64,000 bases of DNA from Bacteroidia bacterium (GTDB lineage Bacteria > Bacteroidota > Bacteroidia > SXHM01): assembly GCA_050186075.1 (NCBI GenBank), contig JBFWYU010000013.1, forward strand, positions 6,185 through 70,184. Direction: 5' to 3'. Below, one piece after another: positions 46,505 through 56,332 of the stretch (position 1 is the stretch's first letter; each line of letters opens with the position of its first letter). A model generated the notes under the pieces. It did not search any database. It was not told the origin of the DNA and saw nothing but the letters and a program-made list of their open reading frames with translations. Both the position numbers and the translations under genes were made by a program.

Positions 46505-48001
46505 TTAGTTGCCCACCTGCCCTTTAATAAACGAAGTCTGATACATGTTATCTGCTATGCTGGTGTTAAATCCGTTGCGTTTGATGGCATAACCGGCAGC
46601 AGCAGGCACCGCGTAAGGAATAGGAATAGGCAAGGCCAGATTGGTAACTACCGGTATCTGCACGTTACCTACAAAAGGAATATTCACGTTCAGGTATGCC
46701 GAAAGGTAAATGCTGAAACTGCCTTGTCCGCCCGGATAACCATAGTTGCCGCCATCGCCTGCATCGGCAATGGGAGTAACGGTAATGGTAGCCGGTCCTG
46801 CGTTAATAGGAATAGGGTAGTTGAGGTAACCGCCTGCACCGCCCAGCCCCAGCTGTCCGCCTGTGCCGCCCTGTCCGGGATTGTAAACCGAAAGACCGAT
46901 AACACCGTTAGGCGATGTGCCTCCGTAGCTAACTCCGGCACCGCCACCGCCACCTGCACCGATGAACAAACCAAAGGTGATAAAGTCGGCAGGAGGAGGA
47001 AGTGTGTAGCTCAGGTCAAACGCCATGGCGCTTCCGCCACCGCCACCGCCAAAAATAAGGCCGTTATTCTGTATCTGGGCATCAATGGTGAGTGAAATGG
47101 CATCGCCACCGTTATCACCCACACCTGTAGTTGGCGGGTTGGTAGTAGGGTCGTAAGATACACCACCGTTTCCGCCACGCCCTATAATGCTTCCGTTGTT
47201 AACCACCGAAACCAGTGAGCCCGGAAAAAGATTTCCCGTTGTAAAAGCGGGAGTAATGTTGGTATCGCTGGTAATGCTCACCCCATTCATTACTTCCACT
47301 GCCACGCAGATAGGCTGGTTTTGCGGAGCCGTAGGATTTTGAATGAAAACGTTGGCACTTACATCGTATTCGCTTTCGCTGTTGGCAACCGCTACGTAGT
47401 AGCAGGGGTCAACCGTAAGTGCGTAAATAAAATTCTGGGTGGTGGTTCCGCACATGGCCGATATAACAATGGGGAACGTGCCCGCAGGTGCAAAAGGCGA
47501 AGCATAAAACACCACCGAAACCACACCGCTCGAAAACTGAGGGTTAGGTGTTATGGTGTACGTAATTCCGGGAGGAAGTGTGCCTACAAGCGCCAATGCA
47601 ATGTTCTGCGGAAGTCCGTTGGTCTGGGTAATGGTTAAAGCTGTTTGTGCCGAGTTGCTGATTAAGCGGTCAATGGTTCCCGCATTGCTCGAAGCCGAAA
47701 GTGTGAAATAGCAGCCGTTGCAGTCTTCCAGGTAAACAGGCAGCCAGCAGCTGCCGTTAAAATAATCCAGAACGCTGTCGGTGGTGTTGTAAACAATAAG
47801 TCCGTCCGCAGGATTCACAATCGCATCTCTGTCGGCCTGCGACATGCGGGGCGGCAAAAATCCTTTGGTGGTAGAGGTAAGGTCAAGTATTGCGGTAATG
47901 TCTGGGTTCAGCGTTCCCACACCCATATTGTTCTGGGCACTGGCAACAAAAAATCCTGAAACTAAAACGGCAACAGATACTAAGCGGGTAAAAAATTTCA
48001 T
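46505..48001 (-). CDS. Secreted glycine-rich protein (beta-helix-like Gly module) whose N-terminal domain resembles those found on tail-fiber-like Bacteroidota surface proteins
   Basis: It has a signal peptide. The N-terminal block (VGTLNPD..LDL.S..KGFLPPRMSQADRDAI.NPADGLIVYNTTD..L.YFNGSCW) resembles that family. Later GGGGGG / GAGGGGGAG / GQGGTGGQLGLGGAGG runs alternate with hydrophobic beats, as in the 13026..15293 protein. No obvious T9SS CTD is present. Confidence 0.6.
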   Translation of the reverse strand: MKFFTRLVSVAVLVSGFFVASAQNNMGVGTLNPDITAILDLTSTTKGFLPPRMSQADRDAIVNPADGLIVYNTTDSVLDYFNGSCWLPVYLEDCNGCYFTLSASSNAGTIDRLISNSAQTALTITQTNGLPQNIALALVGTLPPGITYTITPNPQFSSGVVSVVFYASPFAPAGTFPIVISAMCGTTTQNFIYALTVDPCYYVAVANSESEYDVSANVFIQNPTAPQNQPICVAVEVMNGVSITSDTNITPAFTTGNLFPGSLVSVVNNGSIIGRGGNGGVSYDPTTNPPTTGVGDNGGDAISLTIDAQIQNNGLIFGGGGGGSAMAFDLSYTLPPPADFITFGLFIGAGGGGGAGVSYGGTSPNGVIGLSVYNPGQGGTGGQLGLGGAGGYLNYPIPINAGPATITVTPIADAGDGGNYGYPGGQGSFSIYLSAYLNVNIPFVGNVQIPVVTNLALPIPIPYAVPAAAGYAIKRNGFNTSIADNMYQTSFIKGQVGN

Positions 48002-48219
48002 TGTATAAAAATGGTGTTCTGTTATTGGGCACGCAAATTTGCCAATAATATCCTGAATAACAAGGAGTATTCTGTTATTTTTTAATGAACAAATAACTTT
48101 ATATTCGTTGCTGCATTGTCACCCTGAGCGTTCCCGATAGCTATCGGGACGAAAGGTCTAATACAAATAAAGCAACACTGTCACCCTGAGCGTAGTCGAA
48201 GGGCTTATCTGAAAAAAAC

Positions 48220-50016
48220 ATGAAACAAATACTACTTCTCGTTCTCACTTTCTCACTCTCTCACCTTCTCACCGCAACCGCCCAGAACATCGTGTTGGGC
48301 CCCGTTACCGGAGCAGTAACCCATGTCTCGGCACGCATTTTTATCCGCAGCAATCAGGCAGGCGAGGTGCAGGTTCAGTTAGATACCGATGCAGGCTTCA
48401 GCAATCCGCTCACCTTTACCGACAGCATCCGCACACTCAAAGATACCAGCGCTATCATCAGCGTTAACAACCTGCAGGCTTCAACGCTTTATTACTGCCG
48501 CTACTTTATCAATCAGCAGCAGGACACGGTTATATCTTCGTTCAAAACATTTCCGCAACCGGGCGCGGCCGCTGATTTTTCGTTTGCATTCGGCTCCTGC
48601 ATGAAAGGTGCAGATATGACTCCGCTGTTCAGTGTTATGAATGCCCATCAACCCGATTTATTTATTCAGTTGGGCGACTTCACCTATCCCGATGCAGAGG
48701 ACGATTTTTCGGAACAGTTTGATCTGGTTACTGCGGCTTACCATGCCAAGTATTCCTATCCCGGAATTACCCCTGTGCTGCGCTCCACACCGCTTGCCTA
48801 TGTGTATGACGACCACGATTATGCCGACAACAATACCTCCCGCAACACTCAGGCATTAGACGGAAGCTACACGGGTCCCAACGGACTGGAAACGGTTTTG
48901 ATGGACGCACCGCTGGGTCCGCACGAACGCATTAATTCCATCAACGGCTGGCTCGATTATTTTCCGGGCTACTCCGCTGTTGACACCTCCGAAGGTTTGT
49001 ATCACAGCTTCACCATCGGCAATGCCGAATTCTTTTTCTTAGACAACCGCAGCGCGCGCTCGCCCAACAACGAAGCCTTTTTCTACGACAGCACCGATGT
49101 AAGTTTCCCCTGGGAGTTTTCACCACCACCGGGACATACCATATTGGGCGCACAACAGATGCAATGGCTGCTGAACGGACTGGAAAACTCCACCGCAAAA
49201 TGGAAATTCCTCTTGTCGGGAACTACCTTTAACAAAGCATTGAAACGCATCATAAGGGTAGGCCTGGGCTTCCAGCGCAACACCCTCGATATTGGCGGCA
49301 GCGGTGGCAGCGGAATGACCATGGCAACAGGCTTTGCCGATGGATGGCCCGGCTTTCCTGCCGATCAGGATACACTCATCAATTTCATCAGAAGCAATAA
49401 TATCCGCAACGTAATTCTGCTCTCGGGCGATACCCACACTTCGGCTATGGATGACGGCACCAATTCCGGTATCCCCGAATTCAATTCTTCGGCAATGGGT
49501 GTTGACGAAAGTAAAGTGCGTTTGTATCACATCATGGATTCGGTAGGCTCTTTAATTGGTCAGCCTCCCGTATTGGATTCGCTCTGGAACAAAGGAGGCA
49601 GCGGATTGGGCAATACTAATTTCCACACCAGTTTCGGCAAGGTAGAGGTCTTCGGAAATGATTCAATTCGCATGTGCATTGTTGACCGCGAAGGCACCGT
49701 TTTCAACTGCTGGACATTTGAAGATGGCTTTGTGGCAGGCCTTAATGAAACAGCAAACACAAAGAAATACAATCAACTGGAAGTGTTTCCTAATCCCGCA
49801 TCGGCTGTGATGAATATTCAGTTTACAGGCTTCAGGCCCGGAGCAGATTATAGCTTCACCTTGTATGATATTTCAGGAAAAGTAGTGCTTACAAAAGAAG
49901 ATATAACAACACATACATTTACCATAGATGTTTCAAAACTGCAGGCGGGTAATTATTTATGTACCCTCACCGAAGATGGCAATGAGAAAGGCAACACAAC
50001 GGTTGTGATTAAATAA
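48220..50016 (+). CDS. PhoD-like alkaline phosphatase/phosphodiesterase with a T9SS type-A C-terminal sorting domain
   Basis: It has a signal peptide, GSCMK...LGDFTYPD and VILLSGDTHTSAMDDG metallophosphatase motifs, and a CTD (LEVFPNPASAVMNIQF...GNYLCTL...VVIK). Confidence 0.75.
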   Translation: MKQILLLVLTFSLSHLLTATAQNIVLGPVTGAVTHVSARIFIRSNQAGEVQVQLDTDAGFSNPLTFTDSIRTLKDTSAIISVNNLQASTLYYCRYFINQQQDTVISSFKTFPQPGAAADFSFAFGSCMKGADMTPLFSVMNAHQPDLFIQLGDFTYPDAEDDFSEQFDLVTAAYHAKYSYPGITPVLRSTPLAYVYDDHDYADNNTSRNTQALDGSYTGPNGLETVLMDAPLGPHERINSINGWLDYFPGYSAVDTSEGLYHSFTIGNAEFFFLDNRSARSPNNEAFFYDSTDVSFPWEFSPPPGHTILGAQQMQWLLNGLENSTAKWKFLLSGTTFNKALKRIIRVGLGFQRNTLDIGGSGGSGMTMATGFADGWPGFPADQDTLINFIRSNNIRNVILLSGDTHTSAMDDGTNSGIPEFNSSAMGVDESKVRLYHIMDSVGSLIGQPPVLDSLWNKGGSGLGNTNFHTSFGKVEVFGNDSIRMCIVDREGTVFNCWTFEDGFVAGLNETANTKKYNQLEVFPNPASAVMNIQFTGFRPGADYSFTLYDISGKVVLTKEDITTHTFTIDVSKLQAGNYLCTLTEDGNEKGNTTVVIK

Positions 50017-50042
50017 TTATTTTCGCGGCTTGTTATTAAGTA

Positions 50043-50597
50043 ATGCTTAGGTTTTTCTCTTTTCTTACTCTTTTGTTCTGTTTTACAACAGCCGCTGCTG
50101 ATATTGGCGAAACCTATGAAATGCTGATAAAGCGTGAGCAACTCCTCAAAGAAAACGAGCTTTTGCTCAATGGCAGAAACATTGACAGCCTCAGCGCAAA
50201 AGAAAACAGCCGCTACATCGAAAACCTGCACATCATCAGTCTCATAGACGAGGATATTTTTAAAAGCCAGAAAGAAACGGTTGACAGGCTTAGCGGCACA
50301 TCAGGCTACCATCAACTTGTCAACAGATCAATTGCATTGTTCAGCTTTTTGCTTGCCTTTTTGCTTGCTGTAAGCCTCTACATGCTTTACCTGATGAACA
50401 AAAAACTGAATAAATTAACCGGAGAGGAAAAACCTTTTTCTGCAAGGGCCAGGGAGTTGTTTTCAGTAATGATGGTAAACTTTCAACCTGCAAAAGCAGG
50501 TAACAAAGAAGTGACGGTTAACCGCCTCATCATTCTCGGCATGGTGTTTATGTTTATTTCCTTTCTCGGCCTTCTGCTGAAGACTTTAGGAGTGTAA
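50043..50597 (+). CDS. Hypothetical membrane protein (signal/anchor, coiled-coil region, 2 TM helices)
   Basis: Hydrophobic N-terminus, K/E-rich helical middle, two C-terminal TM helices. Family unknown. Confidence 0.4.
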   Translation: MLRFFSFLTLLFCFTTAAADIGETYEMLIKREQLLKENELLLNGRNIDSLSAKENSRYIENLHIISLIDEDIFKSQKETVDRLSGTSGYHQLVNRSIALFSFLLAFLLAVSLYMLYLMNKKLNKLTGEEKPFSARARELFSVMMVNFQPAKAGNKEVTVNRLIILGMVFMFISFLGLLLKTLGV

Positions 50598-52064
50598 GTT
50601 CTCCAGAAACTCAAAAATCTTAACCATTGCCAGCGTATCTAATTTGCAATAGGCAAAAAGATTATCGCGCAGTTCGGCAATCTTAAAAATATCGGTTTCT
50701 GTTTGCAGTTGCTCAAAGGCTGCCATAGCCATGGTGCCTTCACTTATGGCCAAATCCTTGTGATTAAAATCGGGAAACAGCGCGGGCAAAACATTCTTGA
50801 TGGAGTGCGAACCTTTCATCAGCGGATGATAATAGTGCCGCTTTTGAAAAGGCTCCATCAGGTCAATCATTACAGACAAACGCTTTTCTATTTCGGGTTT
50901 CAGTTCAGGAAAATCATTGCCCAATCGTGCAATAACCGAACTCTCAAATGTGCGGTTGTAAACCAGCACGCATTTAGCGTCCTTTGTGCTTTCCAGAAAG
51001 TGGGTGATGAAATCTTTGCGCGGGTCAGCGCCTGCTTCGGCTAAAAACTCAACATGCTGCAAGGGCTCTTCTTTTGAATTTTTGAAGTGCAGCGAATACT
51101 GAAACGGAATATGCTGAAAGGGACTGGTGCCGTCAAACATAGGCACAGCAGGCATAAACGTTTCAATGTCGAAAAAGTAAAGCGGATAATCTATCGTTGA
51201 AAGAAACTTTGCAATCGCTGTTTTGTCAACCAGTTCTTTTCCGGTGTTGGTAGCATCTACCTGTATGCGCTGATTTTTCTCCAGCGAATAATCAGGCGGC
51301 ACATCACTTATTTTTACAATGCCGCTGTCGAATAGTTCAAACTGTTTTTCTTTACTCATCCCTGCCAGTTCAAACACCGAGTTTTGCGGTACATTTTGCC
51401 AGCATTGCCCCATAAAGTCGCAGGCATAGGGCTCAAAGCAATGCTTGCCTATTTTAATAGCTGGCACAGCAGAAAGCGAGGAAACCTCTTTCAGTTCGCG
51501 CACTTTGTCAGCAATCATCGCCTGATTTTTTTCACACTCATTGAACAGCGAAACAGCCGTAAATAGTTTTTCAGGCTCAATCTTTCCCTGTCTTACATAT
51601 TGATTGTTGAGGTGCAGAATAAAGAAATCGCTCAGTTCAATACCTGCATTTTTTATAACATAGTATTGCAGTGAAGCGTCCAGGCGGTAAACATCACTCA
51701 CCCGTGTTGAACTTTTTACTTCATAAGCAAACCATTTGCCATCGCGCTTAACCAGCATATCAACAGCAGCCAGCACATCGTTGTAAATAAATGCGGCTTC
51801 GTAAATAATGGTTGTTCCTCCTTCAATCAGCTTGCGTGTTTTCTCAATCGATTCGGAATATTTAAAAACGCTTTCGGGCGTAACATCCACGCCACCCGGA
51901 AAAATATCCTGCGTAATTTTGCCCACATTTATTCCTCTTGAAAACAGTGCTTGCTGCGATGGGCTTATCGCATCGCGCAACTTGTAGTTATGTTTGTAGA
52001 GGTATAGTGATTTGATGCACTGTACTCCGCGAATGAAGGAAGATTTAGAGAGAATATGTGCCAT
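50586..52064 (-). CDS. DUF2779-domain protein (predicted PD-(D/E)XK-like nuclease fold)
   Basis: The N-terminus (MAHILSKSSFIRGVQCIKSLYLY) matches the characteristic DUF2779 start (LSKS.F..G.QC.K.L). I chose the internal Met at 52064; the ORF track extends to 52121. Confidence 0.5.
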   Translation of the reverse strand: MAHILSKSSFIRGVQCIKSLYLYKHNYKLRDAISPSQQALFSRGINVGKITQDIFPGGVDVTPESVFKYSESIEKTRKLIEGGTTIIYEAAFIYNDVLAAVDMLVKRDGKWFAYEVKSSTRVSDVYRLDASLQYYVIKNAGIELSDFFILHLNNQYVRQGKIEPEKLFTAVSLFNECEKNQAMIADKVRELKEVSSLSAVPAIKIGKHCFEPYACDFMGQCWQNVPQNSVFELAGMSKEKQFELFDSGIVKISDVPPDYSLEKNQRIQVDATNTGKELVDKTAIAKFLSTIDYPLYFFDIETFMPAVPMFDGTSPFQHIPFQYSLHFKNSKEEPLQHVEFLAEAGADPRKDFITHFLESTKDAKCVLVYNRTFESSVIARLGNDFPELKPEIEKRLSVMIDLMEPFQKRHYYHPLMKGSHSIKNVLPALFPDFNHKDLAISEGTMAMAAFEQLQTETDIFKIAELRDNLFAYCKLDTLAMVKIFEFLENLHS

Positions 52065-52693
52065 TAAATATATCTGATTATTTCCATCATTTCGCTTAAC
52101 ATCATAGCTGTTGCACCCCAAACGGTGTGGCCTTCCACATCGTAATAAGGCGCTTCAAAGCTTACAAACTCGCGAGGAGTAATCATCTTTTTGCCTTTTA
52201 TGCTTTCATCCAGAAAGTAGGTGATAGGCACTTCAATTATCTTTTCCACTTCACGGTCATCTTTTTTCAGCAATGGCTTTTTGTCTATTACTCCCACAAA
52301 CGGAGAAACTAAAAAATTGCTGGGCGGTATGTATAAATTGCTCAGATTGCCGATAAGTTTTATTTCATTCCTGTTTAGTCCTACTTCTTCTTCCGCTTCA
52401 CGCAAGGCAGCGGCAGCAAGGCTTTCGTCTGTAGGGTCTAATTTGCCTCCCGGAAAACTTACCTGCCCGCTGTGTACTCCGTCATAGGACGGGCGCAGTG
52501 TTAGGATGGTATTGATTTTATCTTCATGCGGATAGAGCAGAATAAGAACAGCCCCTTTTCTTGCCTTACTCAAATCATAAAACTCCATATCAGAAGGCAG
52601 CCTGAATTGCGAAGCCATTTTAAACTGCGCTTCCATTCCCGGCAAGGGTTGTTGAAGGCGATTTTCAAGTAATTGGATGAATTGGCTGAACAT
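52064..52693 (-). CDS. NUDIX hydrolase, CoA pyrophosphatase type
   Basis: It has the Nudix box GGKLDPTDESLAAAALREAEEEVGL and the CoA-pyrophosphatase motif LTLRPSYDGVHSGQVSFPGG. It shares 1 nt (52064) with the proposed DUF2779 start codon; on the minus strand the NUDIX gene is upstream. I chose the internal start MFSQ. Confidence 0.75.
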   Translation of the reverse strand: MFSQFIQLLENRLQQPLPGMEAQFKMASQFRLPSDMEFYDLSKARKGAVLILLYPHEDKINTILTLRPSYDGVHSGQVSFPGGKLDPTDESLAAAALREAEEEVGLNRNEIKLIGNLSNLYIPPSNFLVSPFVGVIDKKPLLKKDDREVEKIIEVPITYFLDESIKGKKMITPREFVSFEAPYYDVEGHTVWGATAMMLSEMMEIIRYI

Positions 52694-52730
52694 ATTTTCT
52701 GCGCTAAAATACCGTATTTTTGCCGCCAAT

Positions 52731-53411
52731 ATGGAAACCAAAGAAAAACAAGACTTAGCAATTTATTTAGCTCCTGCTTTTTATATAGACAGCGATTCGC
52801 CTGCAGTAATTGCCTTTGCAGAAAAGCATACCGAAGGTGCAGTTACTGATATTGAAAAAGCGGTAAAACTCTACTATGCTGTTCGTGATGGTTTTCTCTA
52901 CGATCCTTATCATGTTGATTTGCGTGCCGAAGCAATGAGAGGCAGTGCAACCCTTAACAGGGGTTCGGGTTATTGCGGTGAAAAAGCAACGCTGCTTGCT
53001 GCAGCAGCACGCGCAGTTGGTATTCCTTCGCGGCTAGGCTTTGCGAATGTTAAAAATCATTTGTCCACTCAAAAGCTGCTAGACCTTCTACGCAGCGATA
53101 TATTCGTTTTTCATGGTTTCACCGAATTGTTTCTGAACGGAAAATGGGTGAAGGCAACGCCTGCATTCAATAAATCGCTTTGCGATAAATTCGGAGTTGC
53201 TCCCCTGGAATTTGATGGTATCAACGATTCTATTTTCCACGAATTTGAAGGCGGTAAAAAATTCATGGAATACCTTCACGACTTTGGCACCTTTGCCGAT
53301 GTTCCCCGCGAATTATTTATAACATCATTGCAGGAAAATTACCCGCATTTGTTTGATACAAATGATGTGGAACATCAGAAATTGGGCTGGACAAGAGAAG
53401 TGAAAAACTAA
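52731..53411 (+). CDS. Transglutaminase-like cysteine-protease-fold protein
   Basis: GYCGEKATLLAAAARAVGIPSRL carries the catalytic Cys of the transglutaminase-core fold. I chose the internal start METKEK. Confidence 0.7.
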   Translation: METKEKQDLAIYLAPAFYIDSDSPAVIAFAEKHTEGAVTDIEKAVKLYYAVRDGFLYDPYHVDLRAEAMRGSATLNRGSGYCGEKATLLAAAARAVGIPSRLGFANVKNHLSTQKLLDLLRSDIFVFHGFTELFLNGKWVKATPAFNKSLCDKFGVAPLEFDGINDSIFHEFEGGKKFMEYLHDFGTFADVPRELFITSLQENYPHLFDTNDVEHQKLGWTREVKN

Positions 53412-54040
53412 GCCCCTTCCTTAACTAAGCGAACAGTCTTTACTTTTGCTCCGTTGCCTTTCAGCGTTACGAAATAAATCCCTTTAGGAAGTTCGCCAAC
53501 CTCAATTCTTCTTTTGCCGATGGATACAACAGGAAGGCTTTCAATGCTGACGTTTTTTATTTGCTTGCCTAAAATGTCTGAAATAGAAATCTGAGTGTAT
53601 TCAGGTTGTTCATTTCCCTGCTCAATAAACAATTCATCCACAAAAGGGTTAGGAAAAAGTGTGGTAGCATTTAATTGTCCGCTTGCAGCTATTCCTGTAG
53701 TTCCGGAAGCAGTAAAAGTTGCTATCATATTCATTCCTTCATGAGGAACGCAGATGTAGCTATAGCTTCCTGCAACAGTTACTTTATAATCAAATGTAGT
53801 TGAAGATGATGATATAGGGGAATTCCAACTTGCTGCGCCACTTGGTACAATGCCGGATGTAGTGGTGTGTGTGCCATTTACCCACGTCCAGCGTATGGTG
53901 TCGCCTACATTCACATTCAATGAATTAGGGCTGAACTGAAAATTTGAAACCTGCACTACATGAATGGTTGCATACACATTCACAAAAAGGATAGTGAGCA
54001 GTAGTGATAATCCTGTGCGAAAAAGTATTTTTTTGTCCAT
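53408..54040 (-). CDS. Secreted cupredoxin (plastocyanin/azurin-like blue-copper) protein with a T9SS type-A C-terminal sorting domain
   Basis: It has a signal peptide (MDKKILFRTGLSLLLTILFVNVYA) and candidate type-1 copper ligands (WVNGTHTT...YSYICVPHEGMNM, i.e. H...C..H..M). The CTD is TLFPNPFVDELFIE...GIYFVTL...LVKEGA. Confidence 0.65.
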   Translation of the reverse strand: MDKKILFRTGLSLLLTILFVNVYATIHVVQVSNFQFSPNSLNVNVGDTIRWTWVNGTHTTTSGIVPSGAASWNSPISSSSTTFDYKVTVAGSYSYICVPHEGMNMIATFTASGTTGIAASGQLNATTLFPNPFVDELFIEQGNEQPEYTQISISDILGKQIKNVSIESLPVVSIGKRRIEVGELPKGIYFVTLKGNGAKVKTVRLVKEGA

Positions 54041-54128
54041 AGCAATTCGTTTTTGGTGAATGTTTTTACGGTATAAGTTGGTTAAAGTTAAGACTTTTTT
54101 CTGAAAGGACATTTTTCTTCTTCTACTT

Positions 54129-54827
54129 TTGCCGCAAATAATGATTATGACCGTTTCAGAAAAAGAGAGTTTATTAAAGTTTTTTACCCAATTCATTACA
54201 GAAGAAAGAAACAAGCGGCTGGATGATGTAATTGTTAACCGTACCCGCCATTTTACAGTTGTACTGGAAGATATTTATCAATCACAGAATGCCAGTGCGG
54301 TATTGCGTTCATGCGACTGTTTTGGCATACAGGATGTTCATATTATAGAGAACAAGAATAAATACAAACTAAATCCTGATGTGGAGCTGGGTTCATCCAA
54401 ATGGCTGAATATGAATAAATACAACTGGAATGCAAATAATACCCTGGAATGTATTGATACACTTAAGAAGAAAGGCTACCGCATTATTGCTACAACGCCC
54501 CATTTTAAGAGTGTTCCTTTAGAGGAATTAAAGATTGATACTCCTTTTGCCCTGATGTTCGGTACGGAGATAGACGGCCTGTCGGATATTGCTTTGCAGA
54601 ATGCCGATGAATTTGTGAAGATACCCATGGTGGGATTTACTGAAAGTCTGAATATTTCGGTTTCGGCAGCCATTTGTATGCATCATCTTAATCTGAAGCT
54701 TAGGCAATCGGATATTGACTGGAAGCTTTCTGATGAAGAAATACTGGAAATAAAAATCGACTGGCTTCGTGCTATTATCAGTCGCTCGGATGTATTGGAG
54801 CGGGAGTATCTGAAGAAGCAGGTTTAA
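54129..54827 (+). CDS. SpoU/TrmH-family tRNA/rRNA 2'-O-methyltransferase
   Basis: It has the SPOUT motifs NASAVLRSCDCFGI, LMFGTEIDGLS and ESLNISVSAAI. Confidence 0.8.
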   Translation: MPQIMIMTVSEKESLLKFFTQFITEERNKRLDDVIVNRTRHFTVVLEDIYQSQNASAVLRSCDCFGIQDVHIIENKNKYKLNPDVELGSSKWLNMNKYNWNANNTLECIDTLKKKGYRIIATTPHFKSVPLEELKIDTPFALMFGTEIDGLSDIALQNADEFVKIPMVGFTESLNISVSAAICMHHLNLKLRQSDIDWKLSDEEILEIKIDWLRAIISRSDVLEREYLKKQV

Positions 54828-55795
54828 CTTACGAGGTGAACAATATCTGCTTTGTCGTATTCGCCAACTTTGGTTAAATCCATTTCTAGTTTTCCGGCAG
54901 CGTTTACACCAAAAGGTCTGCGGAATTTTGCACCCCAAACAAATTGTTCGGCAGTATAAGATTGGCGGCTGTAAATAGTTTGTGAAAAGGTATCGTCAAA
55001 ACCTTTGAGCAAAACAAAAATCTCCAGATCCATTTTCTGCACATCACTTTGTGTTTTTCCGTACAAGGCGCTTTCTTCATCAATAGGGTGATTAATGGTC
55101 CAGCTGGTGGGGAACATGGTTATTTTATCAATCTCCAGTTTTACCTGCTGAAAGCGTCTTACTGTTTTGCCGTTGCCTTCATCTTCCAGCCAGCTGATGT
55201 TTACTTTGGCTTCCATTTCCATGTAAACAGTATTCATTTTGTTGGCTACTATAAACTGCATGGCAGTTTTTCCTTTAAAAGGTGCAATGATAACATTGGG
55301 GCTGTATTTTATCCGTGCCTTTGGCCTTGAAAAACGACCATACAATGTTCCTGTTGCCACAGCAAAAGCCATCAAGCCGAGAAAAGCTTCAATGGCGGCC
55401 ATGGAGCTGGCTATTTTTCCAATGGGATGAAGCCCGCCATAGCCAACGGTGGTAAAGGTCTGGCAACTGAAGAAGAAGCAACTCATAAATTTGTCGAACT
55501 CTGTTGTGCCTACAATTCCGTAAAGATTTTCCGCGCCTAACCAATAATACAGACTTCCGAAAACAACATTGTCAAAAAGATAGAAGCAAACGATGGCTAT
55601 GGAGTAATTTGTCCATGAAGTAGTGATAAGCCAGTTGAACAGAAAAAAATTTCCAAACAGCCTTCCTGTTTTGCGTTCCAGATTATAAGAGCCATCGGGA
55701 TTGATGGAGCGCTGCCTGCCTTTCTGACCAACATGGTCAAGGCCGATGTCTTCGCCCGGTTTCATCCGGTCAATTACTCTTTGGATAACACTCAT
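54824..55795 (-). CDS. KirBac-like inward-rectifier potassium channel (2 TM helices, P-loop, cytoplasmic Ig-like domain)
   Basis: It has the selectivity filter TTVGYGG, two TM helices and a ~190-aa cytoplasmic C-terminal domain. Confidence 0.75.
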   Translation of the reverse strand: MSVIQRVIDRMKPGEDIGLDHVGQKGRQRSINPDGSYNLERKTGRLFGNFFLFNWLITTSWTNYSIAIVCFYLFDNVVFGSLYYWLGAENLYGIVGTTEFDKFMSCFFFSCQTFTTVGYGGLHPIGKIASSMAAIEAFLGLMAFAVATGTLYGRFSRPKARIKYSPNVIIAPFKGKTAMQFIVANKMNTVYMEMEAKVNISWLEDEGNGKTVRRFQQVKLEIDKITMFPTSWTINHPIDEESALYGKTQSDVQKMDLEIFVLLKGFDDTFSQTIYSRQSYTAEQFVWGAKFRRPFGVNAAGKLEMDLTKVGEYDKADIVHLVS

Positions 55796-55798
55796 GAT

Positions 55799-56242
55799 CT
55801 ATAAATGCTCAAATGTTACAGAAAGTGTATGCAGGATGTTATTGCTGTCGCGTTGGGAATAATTCATTTTCAAGAATTCTTCATCAAGATCAATCACGTT
55901 GTATACAATAGTATCACTCTGGTATATTAAACGCAGTTCAGTTTCGTTGTTTAAAAACATCCAATTGCCCGAAATGTTTTGCGGGTCAAGCGAATCGCAA
56001 TTGGTGGCACCCTCATCGGCTTTGTAGGTTTGGTTTTTATAAAAACTCAGGGTGTTGTCCTTGTCGCAATCTTCCATTTGTGCATACAGGTCGGTGATTA
56101 CAACATTATTTACCACCTGTGGCGGGTCTACCGTAAGGGCATTTATTTGCCAATCGCCAAGTATTAATTCTGATTTTGATTTTTCCTTTGTGCAGGACGA
56201 CAGCAAAACGGTAAGCGCTAAAATTGCCTGAATGTATTTCAT
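55799..56242 (-). CDS. Hypothetical lipoprotein, downstream of the B12-uptake genes
   Basis: The lipobox is LLSSC. The family is unknown. Confidence 0.5.
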   Translation of the reverse strand: MKYIQAILALTVLLSSCTKEKSKSELILGDWQINALTVDPPQVVNNVVITDLYAQMEDCDKDNTLSFYKNQTYKADEGATNCDSLDPQNISGNWMFLNNETELRLIYQSDTIVYNVIDLDEEFLKMNYSQRDSNNILHTLSVTFEHL

Positions 56243-56332
56243 GGTTTATAAGTTTAGTGGCGAAGGTAAAAAGAGAAGCGGAAATACAGCAAGGTATTTC
56301 CGCTTCTCGTTACACTCTCTGTTGGTGAGGCT

